The notes under the pieces: generated by a model
Database searches by the model: none
Told to the model about the DNA's origin: nothing
The model's input: the letters and a program-made list of their open reading frames with translations, nothing else
Shown: positions 9,096 through 17,837 of the stretch, in pieces
Position numbering within the stretch: the first letter of the stretch is position 1
How the letters are laid out: every line of letters starts with the position of its first letter
Source: Nitrososphaerota archaeon
GTDB taxonomy: Archaea > Thermoproteota > Nitrososphaeria > Nitrososphaerales > JAPUIC01
Direction: 5' to 3'
DNA length: 46,979 bases
Assembly (NCBI GenBank): GCA_027297425.1
Contig: JAPUIC010000121.1
Coordinates: 1-46,979, forward strand
Program-made: the position numbers and the translations under genes

Positions 9096-10634
9096 CTAAT
9101 CATAATCACGAAGGCCGTACTTTGCAAGTTGCCACGGGTCATCCTCTGCTTTACGTCCTTTCAACCAACTATGTAGCATATTATACAAGAGTACTAGCTG
9201 AGAAATTGCTATTATTATTGCGCCAAAAGTCGCTATCTGATTGAGAGGCATCAGCTCAGGTAGATAATCCACAACTCTCCTCGGCATACCCTCTAGACCT
9301 AGAGCGGTAAACGTGAAGAAGGTTAGGTAGAGACCGATACTTGTCCCGATAAAGTGAAGTTTCGCGAGGCTTTGATTGTACATCTTCTTAGTCATATATG
9401 GGAAGTAGTAGTATAGGGCTGCAAAGACTGCTTGAGTCGACGCACCAAAGAGGATGAAGTGTAAATGTCCTACCACGAAGTAAGTGTCGTGCAGGGCATA
9501 ATCTATTGGAATGGAGGCTGTAAAAACACCAGTGACACCCGCCACTATGAATGTACCGACAAAGCTAATAGCAAATAACATAGGCACTTCTAGTTTTAGT
9601 CGTCCACCATACATGGTAGCAACCCAATTGAACACCTTAATCCCAGATGGGATCGCTATTGCCATCGTCATGAACATAAACGGAATTCTAGCAGAGATTG
9701 AAAGGCCAGAGGTAAACATATGGTGTGCCCAGACAGCAAATCCTAAAACACCTATGAGCACAAGAGACAGTACCATAGTATAATGGCCATATAGCGTCTT
9801 TCTAGCAAGCCTAGGAATAATCTCAGAAATTAACCCCATCCCTGGAAGGATCATAATGTAGACTGCAGGATGGGAGTAAAACCAGAATAGGTGTTGCCAG
9901 AGTATTGGATCTCCACCGGGGCCAGGCAAGAAAAATCCTGTACCAAAATTACGATCCAATAATAGCAGAGATAGAACAATAGCTAGAACCGGCGTTGCTG
10001 CTAGAACGAGAAAGGAAGTTACAACCATCGACCATACGAATATTGGCATGGTCTTTAGACTCATTCCTGGCTTTCTGAGTTTAAAGATTGTTGCTATAAA
10101 GTTGAAGGCACCTATTATAGAAGAAGTACCTACCAAGTGCATTGCGAGAATCCACATGTCAACGCCTATGCCAGGGTCGATTACTGACAAAGGTGCGTAA
10201 CCAGTCCAACCTATGCCAGGCCTACCCAACCAGAAGAGAGCACCGGCAATGGGTAGGATCCAGAAACCTAATGCATTCAACTTCGGGAAGTACATATCTT
10301 TGGCACCGATCATCGTGGGCAGAAGATAGTTGGCAAACCCTACAAATACAGGGATTATCCATAGAAAAATCATGGTCGACCCATGCAGGGTCAGTAGACT
10401 ATTGTATACTGCAGCTTCAATAATCTGCTCGCCAGGCCTTGCCAGTTCAGCTCTCAAGAATAGTGCGGATACGCCAGCAAGAAAGAAGAAGAAGAACGAA
10501 GTTACAATATACATTACACCTATGTCCTTGTGATGAGTCGTGGTAAGGATCCTTTTGAGGGAAAGATAGAAGGGAGGATGTTCCTTCTGCTCTTCCTTCG
10601 GAATTTCGGTTTTTTCGGACTCTGACATGTTCAA
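9096..10634 (-). CDS. coxA: Heme-copper oxidase subunit I
   Basis: 512-aa ORF. TTHHKDIGVMYI N-terminus, CuB/His-Tyr region WFYSHPAVYIMILPGMG, HHMF motif, heme ligand region GHLHFILFG. About 12 TM helices. Confidence 0.95.
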   Translation of the reverse strand: MNMSESEKTEIPKEEQKEHPPFYLSLKRILTTTHHKDIGVMYIVTSFFFFFLAGVSALFLRAELARPGEQIIEAAVYNSLLTLHGSTMIFLWIIPVFVGFANYLLPTMIGAKDMYFPKLNALGFWILPIAGALFWLGRPGIGWTGYAPLSVIDPGIGVDMWILAMHLVGTSSIIGAFNFIATIFKLRKPGMSLKTMPIFVWSMVVTSFLVLAATPVLAIVLSLLLLDRNFGTGFFLPGPGGDPILWQHLFWFYSHPAVYIMILPGMGLISEIIPRLARKTLYGHYTMVLSLVLIGVLGFAVWAHHMFTSGLSISARIPFMFMTMAIAIPSGIKVFNWVATMYGGRLKLEVPMLFAISFVGTFIVAGVTGVFTASIPIDYALHDTYFVVGHLHFILFGASTQAVFAALYYYFPYMTKKMYNQSLAKLHFIGTSIGLYLTFFTFTALGLEGMPRRVVDYLPELMPLNQIATFGAIIIAISQLVLLYNMLHSWLKGRKAEDDPWQLAKYGLRDYD

Positions 10635-10638
10635 ATTA

Positions 10639-11058
10639 CTACTCTGTAACGATCAATTTAGTGGTCATGAACGTATGTCCAGTTCCGCAAAGTTCGGCGC
10701 AAAGGATGTTATACTCTCCAGGCTTATCGACCCTGATCCATAATGTCTCAACATGACCAGGCACAGCGTCTTGCTTTATGGCCAACTCTCGTATGAAGAA
10801 GCTATGAATGACATCCTCAGCCCTAATTTCGAACAAGATAGTCTCACCAGTTTTTATTCGTATTTCGTTAGATATTGTTCCATCAGGCATTTCGAATGTC
10901 CAAAAAAATTGTCTGCCCGTGACTTTGATTATCCGGTCAATATCATCCGGTGGAGTATCTATCTCATATAGGGCAACTGTAGAAATCGCTGTAATGTAGG
11001 TTAATATTACGATAGCTCCTAATACGGTTAAGAGTTCTAACTTCTTAGCAGTATGCAT
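10639..11058 (-). CDS. coxB: Heme-copper oxidase subunit II (CuA cupredoxin domain, single N-terminal TM helix)
   Basis: 139-aa ORF. CuA ligand pattern DVIHSF ... CAELCGTGHTFM (H, C, C, H, M). Only one TM helix precedes the cupredoxin fold. Confidence 0.9.
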   Translation of the reverse strand: MHTAKKLELLTVLGAIVILTYITAISTVALYEIDTPPDDIDRIIKVTGRQFFWTFEMPDGTISNEIRIKTGETILFEIRAEDVIHSFFIRELAIKQDAVPGHVETLWIRVDKPGEYNILCAELCGTGHTFMTTKLIVTE

Positions 11059-11324
11059 CAGTTCTCAATCCCTCTATCTCTAAATGTTATAACGATCCAG
11101 AGCAACGTGCCCATAAAGATCGCACTAACCATCATTCCTAGAAGATAGGTAGTATTATAGATCGAAACGATGCGAGCTGTCTGGATCGACACGACCTCAA
11201 AACTGAAAGGTAGACCCATTACCATAAACAAAGCAAATAGAATTCCAATCACCAATAACAAGGATACATAGTCCCAAGTAGAAAGTTTCTTTTTGTATTC
11301 AGTCACTAACTCTACCTCACTCAT
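11058..11324 (-). CDS. Small two-TM membrane protein translationally coupled to coxB (possible extra oxidase subunit)
   Basis: 88-aa ORF with two hydrophobic helices. Its TGA shares one base with the coxB ATG (TGATG at 11056-11060). Sits between coxC and coxB. Confidence 0.5.
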   Translation of the reverse strand: MSEVELVTEYKKKLSTWDYVSLLLVIGILFALFMVMGLPFSFEVVSIQTARIVSIYNTTYLLGMMVSAIFMGTLLWIVITFRDRGIEN

Positions 11325-11358
11325 TTCTTAGCGCCTCATTCCTCATTTATTCCATCAT

Positions 11359-12147
11359 TTAAACTAGGAATAGTGAGGAGAAAACTAGAAGCCAGACCAC
11401 ATCTACGAAATGCCAGTAGATAGCAGCTGCCTCGACCGCACCATGTCGCTCCTTTGTAAAATGGCCAGCTACAGATCTGGAGAAGACTACGATCATAAAA
11501 GACACACCAATAAGGACATGTAGACCGTGGAGCCCAGTAAGAAGGAAGAATGTGCCCCTAAATACCTCTTGAAGTGACACACCGAACCTTAAGTATTCCG
11601 TTGCCTGACCTGTCAGAAATAAAATCCCCAAGATAACGGTAACTAAAAGGCCTATCCGTAGACCAGTTTGGCTTCCTCTCTTTATTGCTATAGTAGCTGA
11701 ATGCATAGTGACACTGCTGATCAATAAGACTATGGTATTCAACGCGGGTATAGTAATCTCTAATTCTGGCGCACCAATGGGAGGCCAAATAGGACTGGTA
11801 AGCCTAATGAAGTAGTATGTCGCAAAAGCACCACCAAAGAACAGAGCCTCACTCAAGAGAAAGATGTAGGTGACGAATTTGATATCTCCGTGACTCAGAT
11901 CTGGCCAGACATGCTTCTGAACGGGAGGTTTTAGCCGATATCTGCGGGTCTCATGAAAAGCCCAACCACCTACCGCTACTATAAAAATTGCAAATATTCC
12001 AATCCCTGGAATCAGGGAGGCGCCTCGTAGAATTATTATTATGCCAAGGGCAGCAAATACAGTCCCTAAACCTACTATCGCAGGCCATAGTTGGTAGGCT
12101 TCAAAACCCTCGTGGCTATCTGTTTGCCCAACTTTGGCATGACTCAT
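11359..12147 (-). CDS. coxC: Heme-copper oxidase subunit III
   Basis: 262-aa ORF. Typical subunit III C-terminal motifs FFLLTGLHGLHVLIGV and AIYWHFVDVVWLLVF. Confidence 0.9.
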   Translation of the reverse strand: MSHAKVGQTDSHEGFEAYQLWPAIVGLGTVFAALGIIIILRGASLIPGIGIFAIFIVAVGGWAFHETRRYRLKPPVQKHVWPDLSHGDIKFVTYIFLLSEALFFGGAFATYYFIRLTSPIWPPIGAPELEITIPALNTIVLLISSVTMHSATIAIKRGSQTGLRIGLLVTVILGILFLTGQATEYLRFGVSLQEVFRGTFFLLTGLHGLHVLIGVSFMIVVFSRSVAGHFTKERHGAVEAAAIYWHFVDVVWLLVFSSLFLV

Positions 12148-12414
12148 GATTGTCTGCCTAGAGGTTAATGAAATTGGATTTATTAACTTTCATCACTCTG
12201 TAGTTTGCATATAGAGACTATCTCAACTACCTAAACTTCGGTTCCTGAATATCGTTCCGCTGACCTCTTACGGAGCTCTTTCCGCCTCTCTGTCTACAGG
12301 ATCATGCTAGTAAGAAATGAACCGTATTGTGAGATATCGACAGTTCGACTCTTGCACTTATCCCTCTGTATCCCATCTTCAAGACGAGATGGAGGTACTC
12401 AGTTTTTCACAGAT

Positions 12415-12900
12415 TCATCTAATTGGCGCTCTAAGGAATACGGAAATGAGGGTTATTAGCAACATTAGGCCGATATTCAGCATGGAAAAAGCTCTACCCG
12501 TCTTTCTCAGGCGATGAAGCTCGTCTACCTTTCCTTCTCTTGCACACCTGACAATTTTCCGACCATAGATTAGGTTATTGTAATAAATGAAGAATACTAG
12601 GAGTGCGACTAAAAGCACCTTCGTTAGAAGGATTCTCGAGATTGGGTCAAAAATACTAATTCCGCCCAAATACCAGGATAGATTGTAGACACCCGTGCTA
12701 ATGAGAATTAATAGTGTCCAGTTGATGAGTCGTCCGTACCGTTTAGCCAACCGTCCGACCAAAAGTGTTCTGCTTGCCTCGTCCTCGGTTCCTTTAGAGA
12801 AGATAGGCATTACAACTGCCCAAAAGAATAGGGACCCCCCAACTAAGAAAATCGCAGATAAGAGATGCAACCAGAGAATTACTAATTCAAAAGTTGCCAT
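12415..12900 (-). CDS. Membrane protein, CopD-like (tentative)
   Basis: 161-aa ORF with 4 TM helices. The N-terminal helix LWLHLLSAIFLVGGSLFFWAVVMP resembles CopD-domain proteins. Upstream of and co-oriented with the cox cluster. Confidence 0.35.
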   Translation of the reverse strand: MATFELVILWLHLLSAIFLVGGSLFFWAVVMPIFSKGTEDEASRTLLVGRLAKRYGRLINWTLLILISTGVYNLSWYLGGISIFDPISRILLTKVLLVALLVFFIYYNNLIYGRKIVRCAREGKVDELHRLRKTGRAFSMLNIGLMLLITLISVFLRAPIR

Positions 12901-13147
12901 AATCAGCTGCCTCGAAAGACGTCCTTAAATTAACACTATTAGAATATTATCAATAATTCACAGATTCTATTGAACTTTCTATGTAACTATTGGATAATGA
13001 GGGTATAATCTCTACGATCAGAGGTAAGGTTAAATACGGGATAATCACTTTCTGGTGTACTACGAAGGAATTATGTTACTAGTTTACGATTACTGCTCCC
13101 CACGAATTGATCCATTTTCGATATAAGTGCAAATGAGTGTGGTTTGA

Positions 13148-13357
13148 GTGAAGTGTTATAATTGTACATCTACAGCCAAGATGGAATGCTCTGAGTGTGC
13201 TAGACCAGTTTGTCGATACCATTGTAATGTAATCTTTGATGAAGATACCAAAGCTTTCAAGAATCTCTGCGGATCTTGTTACGCCAAACTTCGGGCAACT
13301 ATCGGGCTATTTACAGAAGGGAATCGTCGAAGAAGATATACCTATAGACGACGTTAA
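13148..13357 (+). CDS. Small Cys-rich zinc-finger protein with poly-Arg tail
   Basis: 69-aa ORF with GTG start. Ligand spacing C3-x2-C6-x7-C14-x2-C17-x4-C22-x2-H25-C26 ... C41-x2-C44. C-terminal RRRRYTYRRR. Confidence 0.45.
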   Translation: MKCYNCTSTAKMECSECARPVCRYHCNVIFDEDTKAFKNLCGSCYAKLRATIGLFTEGNRRRRYTYRRR

Positions 13358-13468
13358 GCAAACCCTGTCTAATTAGCCGACATTAAAGCTCTCCAGAGAA
13401 TTCCGGAGAAGTTTTTTCCTTATCGGTTCTCGGGAGCGTATATATATCGGGATAGAGGGTCTGTTCTA

Positions 13469-14860
13469 ATGGCTCAGGATCTAGAAGCATATGATTCTAT
13501 AGTTATCGGCTCTGGTCAAGGAGGAAACCCACTATCGGGTGCTCTTGCGGGTAATGGAGAACATGTTGCCCTGGTTGAACTTGAACATATAGGAGGATGT
13601 TGCATCAATGAGGGTTGCACTCCCACAAAGACAATGGTCGCAAGTGCTAGAGTTGCTTATCTTGCAGGACGTGCAAGAGAATATGGACTATCTGGTGGAG
13701 TAATAGAAAAAGGGATCACGGGGGTAATAGACCGAAAGAGAAAGATGGTTACAGACTTCCGATTGGGAGGGACAAAGAGACTTGAGAGTGCCGGCGTGGA
13801 AATCATTATGGGAGAAGGGAGTTTCTTAGGTCCCAAGAAATTACGAATTAGTTTGACAGGTGGAGGAGAGCGCATTATCACTGGAAAAAAGATATTCATC
13901 GACACTGGTGCTCGACCACGGATTCCTGATATCCCCGGGTTAGAAGTGATCCCTTATCTTACGTCTACGACCATTATGGAGCTCGATACACTCCCCTCAC
14001 ACTTGCTAATACTTGGGGGAGGCTATGTCGGATTAGAATTTGGGCAAATGTTCAGACGGTTCGGTAGTAATGTCACAATAATCGAGCGAGGTAACCAGCT
14101 AATGGCGAGAGAAGATACCGACATATCAGATGAGATGATTAAGATCTTTAAAGAGGATGGAGTCCAAGTTCTTCTCCGAACCAGCCCCGTAAGGGTAGTG
14201 AAGGATTCTGATGGGACCATAAAATGTACAGTTGAGAATCCGGAAGGAGAGGAAGTTATCTCGTGCTCTCACATAATGGTAGCTGCGGGACGGATACCGA
14301 ATACTGACAGGCTCAATCTTGGTGCTGCAGGAGTATCATCTGACGCTCGGGGATATATCAAAGTGAACGACAAGCTTGAAACTGGGGTTCCTGGAATATA
14401 TGCTCTTGGGGATGTCAAAGGAGGTCCGGCGTTTACCCATATCTCATATGATGACTATCGGGTCTTACGGACCAACTTGATAGAAGGGGGCAGCTCTACT
14501 ACTGCTGGACGGCTAGTACCGTATACAGTATTCACGGACCCAGAGCTTGGGAGAATAGGGATGACTGAAAAGGAAGCCCGATCGAAAGAACGAAGAATTC
14601 TTGTCGCAAAAATCCCAATGAGTTATTCATCTAGGGCTTGGGAGGCTGGAGAAACACGTGGGGTAATGAAAGCAGTAGTAGATCAAGACACTAAGCAGAT
14701 CCTGGGATGTTCGATTTTGGGTACTCAGGGGGGGGAGTTAATGTCGATGTTGGAAATAGCAATGATCGGAAAGGTTCCATATACGGTTGTCAAAGAAGCT
14801 GTATTTGCGCATCCTACGTTAGGTGAATCATTGAACACCCTCTTCATGAGCCTCGATTAA
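13469..14860 (+). CDS. Class I FAD-dependent pyridine nucleotide-disulfide oxidoreductase (Lpd/MerA/GR family)
   Basis: 463-aa ORF. FAD fold VIGSGQGG, redox-active disulfide GGCCINEGCTPTK, second dinucleotide fold ILGGGYVGLEF, dimerisation-domain HPTLGE. No C-terminal Cys pair, so it is not a canonical MerA. Confidence 0.8.
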   Translation: MAQDLEAYDSIVIGSGQGGNPLSGALAGNGEHVALVELEHIGGCCINEGCTPTKTMVASARVAYLAGRAREYGLSGGVIEKGITGVIDRKRKMVTDFRLGGTKRLESAGVEIIMGEGSFLGPKKLRISLTGGGERIITGKKIFIDTGARPRIPDIPGLEVIPYLTSTTIMELDTLPSHLLILGGGYVGLEFGQMFRRFGSNVTIIERGNQLMAREDTDISDEMIKIFKEDGVQVLLRTSPVRVVKDSDGTIKCTVENPEGEEVISCSHIMVAAGRIPNTDRLNLGAAGVSSDARGYIKVNDKLETGVPGIYALGDVKGGPAFTHISYDDYRVLRTNLIEGGSSTTAGRLVPYTVFTDPELGRIGMTEKEARSKERRILVAKIPMSYSSRAWEAGETRGVMKAVVDQDTKQILGCSILGTQGGELMSMLEIAMIGKVPYTVVKEAVFAHPTLGESLNTLFMSLD

Positions 14861-14924
14861 AACGATCTCTCGCGAAATATTCATAATATGTAAATAAGAA
14901 TATCCGCCTTCCAAGATCTAAAGA

Positions 14925-16112
14925 TTGACAGGAACCGATCATATATTCAAGGATAGGGAGAAGATATCCCATAGATTCATTCCTCCAAACCTACCCCATA
15001 GGGAGGAGCAGATTAATTCTCTTAAGAGCCTCTTTTTCAAATCTTTAGAGAACCCATCAAATGCTCATCTTCAAGTAGCTCAAATTGTCGGAGAAGTAGG
15101 CTCCGGAAAAACTGTGACTAGTCTTCATTTTGGGAAGATGATTCAACTCGAGGCAGAAAAAAGAGGAGTCTCCCTAAAGCACATTTACTTGAATCCCAAG
15201 GTTCATGGCTCCTCACGAATCACGTTATATCGTTATCTTGTTCGAAACGCGGCGCCAGAAGTTTTTTCGCAAAGCCTCAGCGCTGAAGAGTTATTGACCG
15301 AGCTAGTAAGCTACCTTCAAGCTAATGATACATACATACTGATTACCTTTGACGAGGTCGACTATTATGTCAAACACTCCAAAGATTCAATCTACGATCT
15401 GACTCGGCTCAATGAAATTTCTCCGGGTAGACCAGTTGGAGTGATTGGAGTGATATTTGCGGCACGGAGTACTGATTTTCATGATAAACTTGATCGAGCA
15501 GAGTTGAGTACTCTTGGGAACTTTCCGATAATGTTTCCCAGTTACAATCCCGAGCAATTACACGATATACTCCAAGAAAGGGTGAAGGATGGGTTTCAGG
15601 ACGGAGTTATCACGAGTGATGTTCTAGAATATATTGCAGATATGGCTTCGGCGCCTCCCGTGAGTGGAGACGTGAGGTATGCATTATCTGTGTTATTTTA
15701 TGCGGGGAATCTTGCTTTAAGTACAGGTTCCGAGAGGATAACGATTGATATCGTAAGAAACGTAGCCAATGCTACACATCCCTCAATTACTGACGAAGAT
15801 ATACTAAACCTATCGAAGAAGGGACGAATCTCGTTACTAGCCTTGGTTAGGGCATTGAGGGACAGCCGATCTGCCTATAGCTCTCTGCGGGATGTGAGAT
15901 CTATATGCGGTATTATTTGTGAGGAATATGGGTTAAAGCCGTTCGATGATATTGAGGAGCATATTCAGGATCTTGCAGATAGAGACATAATCGATATAAA
16001 ATCTCTCACCAAAATTGGAATAAGTGGTGTACCTACAGATACACTGGCTCAATATTTGAATGGACTGAACGACAAAATTAAGAAAGAGTTGAAGGGTGCT
16101 AAAGAGATTTAG
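14925..16112 (+). CDS. cdc6: Orc1/Cdc6 replication initiator
   Basis: 395-aa ORF. FIPPNLPHREEQI N-terminal motif, Walker A GEVGSGKT, Walker B ITFDEVDY, C-terminal winged-helix region. TTG start in the track. Confidence 0.85.
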   Translation: MTGTDHIFKDREKISHRFIPPNLPHREEQINSLKSLFFKSLENPSNAHLQVAQIVGEVGSGKTVTSLHFGKMIQLEAEKRGVSLKHIYLNPKVHGSSRITLYRYLVRNAAPEVFSQSLSAEELLTELVSYLQANDTYILITFDEVDYYVKHSKDSIYDLTRLNEISPGRPVGVIGVIFAARSTDFHDKLDRAELSTLGNFPIMFPSYNPEQLHDILQERVKDGFQDGVITSDVLEYIADMASAPPVSGDVRYALSVLFYAGNLALSTGSERITIDIVRNVANATHPSITDEDILNLSKKGRISLLALVRALRDSRSAYSSLRDVRSICGIICEEYGLKPFDDIEEHIQDLADRDIIDIKSLTKIGISGVPTDTLAQYLNGLNDKIKKELKGAKEI

Positions 16113-16127
16113 GAGGGTTGGTGCCTA

Positions 16128-17786
16128 CTAGAAGAGGTATACCTGAGGCGTTTGCTCCCTACCATCCTTGCTGGGAGTTCCTTCGTGTTTCTTCAGTGTT
16201 TTTCGCATTGTTTTCCCGGTTACAGTTTTCGGAAGAGATTCGATAAATTCGATCTCTTTGGGTACCTTGTAGGGAGCAATATTATCACGAGTAAAATTCC
16301 TAGTCGATTCTGCTAGATCTTTCGAGGGAACAAAGCCATCTTTCAGAACGATGAAGGCCTTAACCCTCTCTCTCTGGTCCGGATCTGCCACCCCTATCAC
16401 TGCTGATTCTAGCACAGATTCATGCTCAGCAAGCACATCTTCAACTTCCTTCGGGCCTATAAGATATCCTCGGCTTTTAATTAGGTCGTCTGTTCTGGAA
16501 ATATACCAAAAAAATCCATCTTTGTCAACCTTAACAAAGTCCCAAGTCAAGTACCAATCTCCGACGATTCTGCTCTTCCATTCCTCCTCTTGTTTTATGT
16601 AACCAGAAGTTAAGGCAACCCAATCCTTCTCCAAGGCTAGGTATCCAGTTTCTTCAGGATCGCATAGAGATCCATCTTTCCTAACAACAGCTACGGGGCA
16701 GCCACTCAACGGTTTTCCAAGTGATCCTAACTTCAGAACGCCTTGTCTGGTACATACGAATACATGACTCTCAGTTTGACCCAAGCAATCATAAAGCTCA
16801 GTTCCGATGCGTCGCTTCCACTCGTTAAATAATCCTGGCTCGACAGTTTCTCCTGAACTAAAAGCCATCTTGAGAGTCGACCCTGGATTCCCGATTATAT
16901 CATCAGGTACCCGTAACAACCTCCGGTAGATGGTAGGATTTCCGAGTATGTGCGTGGCACCGTATTTTTCGAGGTAACTCCAGACCTTCTCGGGATCAAA
17001 CCGACCTTGATATATACAGCATGAACCTCCTGCATAGAGAGTCCACCAAAAGCAGTACCCCCACGGCCACATCCAGGTCATCTCTATAGGAGTGAACATT
17101 CTATCGCCCTGATTCATGTGCAAGACGAATTTGGTATTGGGGTCGCCGACACTTATCATCCAAGCGTGTGTATGAGGAACGCCTTTAGGAAATCCTGTAG
17201 TTCCAGATGTATAGAGAACAAAAGCACCATCTTTGTTGGTAGTTCGATAGGCATCCAGATCGTCGCGCTCATGCTCCATCAAATTATCTATTGATTCATA
17301 CCCTTCTTGCACCCCGTTGAGTGTGAGGATTTTCTTTAACCCCGATGTTCGGCTCTTAACCGCTTCTAGCTCCGGAAGAAGGTCGGGTGCCACAACTGCC
17401 ATCTTTGCCTCGCAGTTGTTCAAGATAAACTCGAGCTCTCTTTCCTTGAACAGTGTACTTGTCGGAACAGCGATCGCTCCCAACTTAATGATGGCCAAGT
17501 TAATCGCCAAATACATCGGATGATTTCCCATTCTTACGAGTGCTCTATCTCCGAAACCTAGTCCTTGCCTCTTCAGTACGTTTCCTATCCGATTCACAAT
17601 ACCTTGAAGCCTTGCGAAGGAAAAAGTCTCATCTTCATGGTATATGGCGACTAACTTATCGCCATCATCTCTATCAGCCCACCTATCCAACGCAAGCGAT
17701 GCCATATTGAAGGTATCAGGAAGGTTGACCTCATAGAATTGATCTATGAAATTTCTTGAATACCAGTCTATCAGCTTCTGGTTCAA
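16128..17786 (-). CDS. AMP-forming acyl-CoA synthetase / AMP-dependent ligase
   Basis: 552-aa ORF. AMP-binding motif LYTSGTTGFPKGVPHTH, plus GYLIGPKEVE and PKTVTGKTMRK C-terminal motifs. Substrate not inferable. TTG start. Confidence 0.85.
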   Translation of the reverse strand: MNQKLIDWYSRNFIDQFYEVNLPDTFNMASLALDRWADRDDGDKLVAIYHEDETFSFARLQGIVNRIGNVLKRQGLGFGDRALVRMGNHPMYLAINLAIIKLGAIAVPTSTLFKERELEFILNNCEAKMAVVAPDLLPELEAVKSRTSGLKKILTLNGVQEGYESIDNLMEHERDDLDAYRTTNKDGAFVLYTSGTTGFPKGVPHTHAWMISVGDPNTKFVLHMNQGDRMFTPIEMTWMWPWGYCFWWTLYAGGSCCIYQGRFDPEKVWSYLEKYGATHILGNPTIYRRLLRVPDDIIGNPGSTLKMAFSSGETVEPGLFNEWKRRIGTELYDCLGQTESHVFVCTRQGVLKLGSLGKPLSGCPVAVVRKDGSLCDPEETGYLALEKDWVALTSGYIKQEEEWKSRIVGDWYLTWDFVKVDKDGFFWYISRTDDLIKSRGYLIGPKEVEDVLAEHESVLESAVIGVADPDQRERVKAFIVLKDGFVPSKDLAESTRNFTRDNIAPYKVPKEIEFIESLPKTVTGKTMRKTLKKHEGTPSKDGREQTPQVYLF

Positions 17787-17837
17787 CCAAGGTTACCTCT
17801 CTAGGCACCTAGGTCTAATCCAAATCATTGTCCCGGG

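Noticed and set aside
12190-12196. GTGATGA on the minus strand upstream of coxC, as a possible C box.
   Set aside because: No D box lies downstream before the coxC ATG. The site sits in the presumed promoter region and is most simply chance.
12317-12517. 66-aa plus-strand ORF spanning the coxC upstream spacer and the 3' end of the CopD-like gene.
   Set aside because: It overlaps a better-supported minus-strand membrane-protein gene, has no motif and shows no start context.
12901-13147. AT-rich 247-bp spacer, and the short spacers flanking cdc6 (14861-14924 and 16113-16127), as a possible replication origin.
   Set aside because: I could not find repeated ORB or mini-ORB-like elements or an inverted-repeat architecture. 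The Orc1/Cdc6 gene itself is flanked only by 64-bp and 15-bp spacers. An origin cannot be supported from this window.
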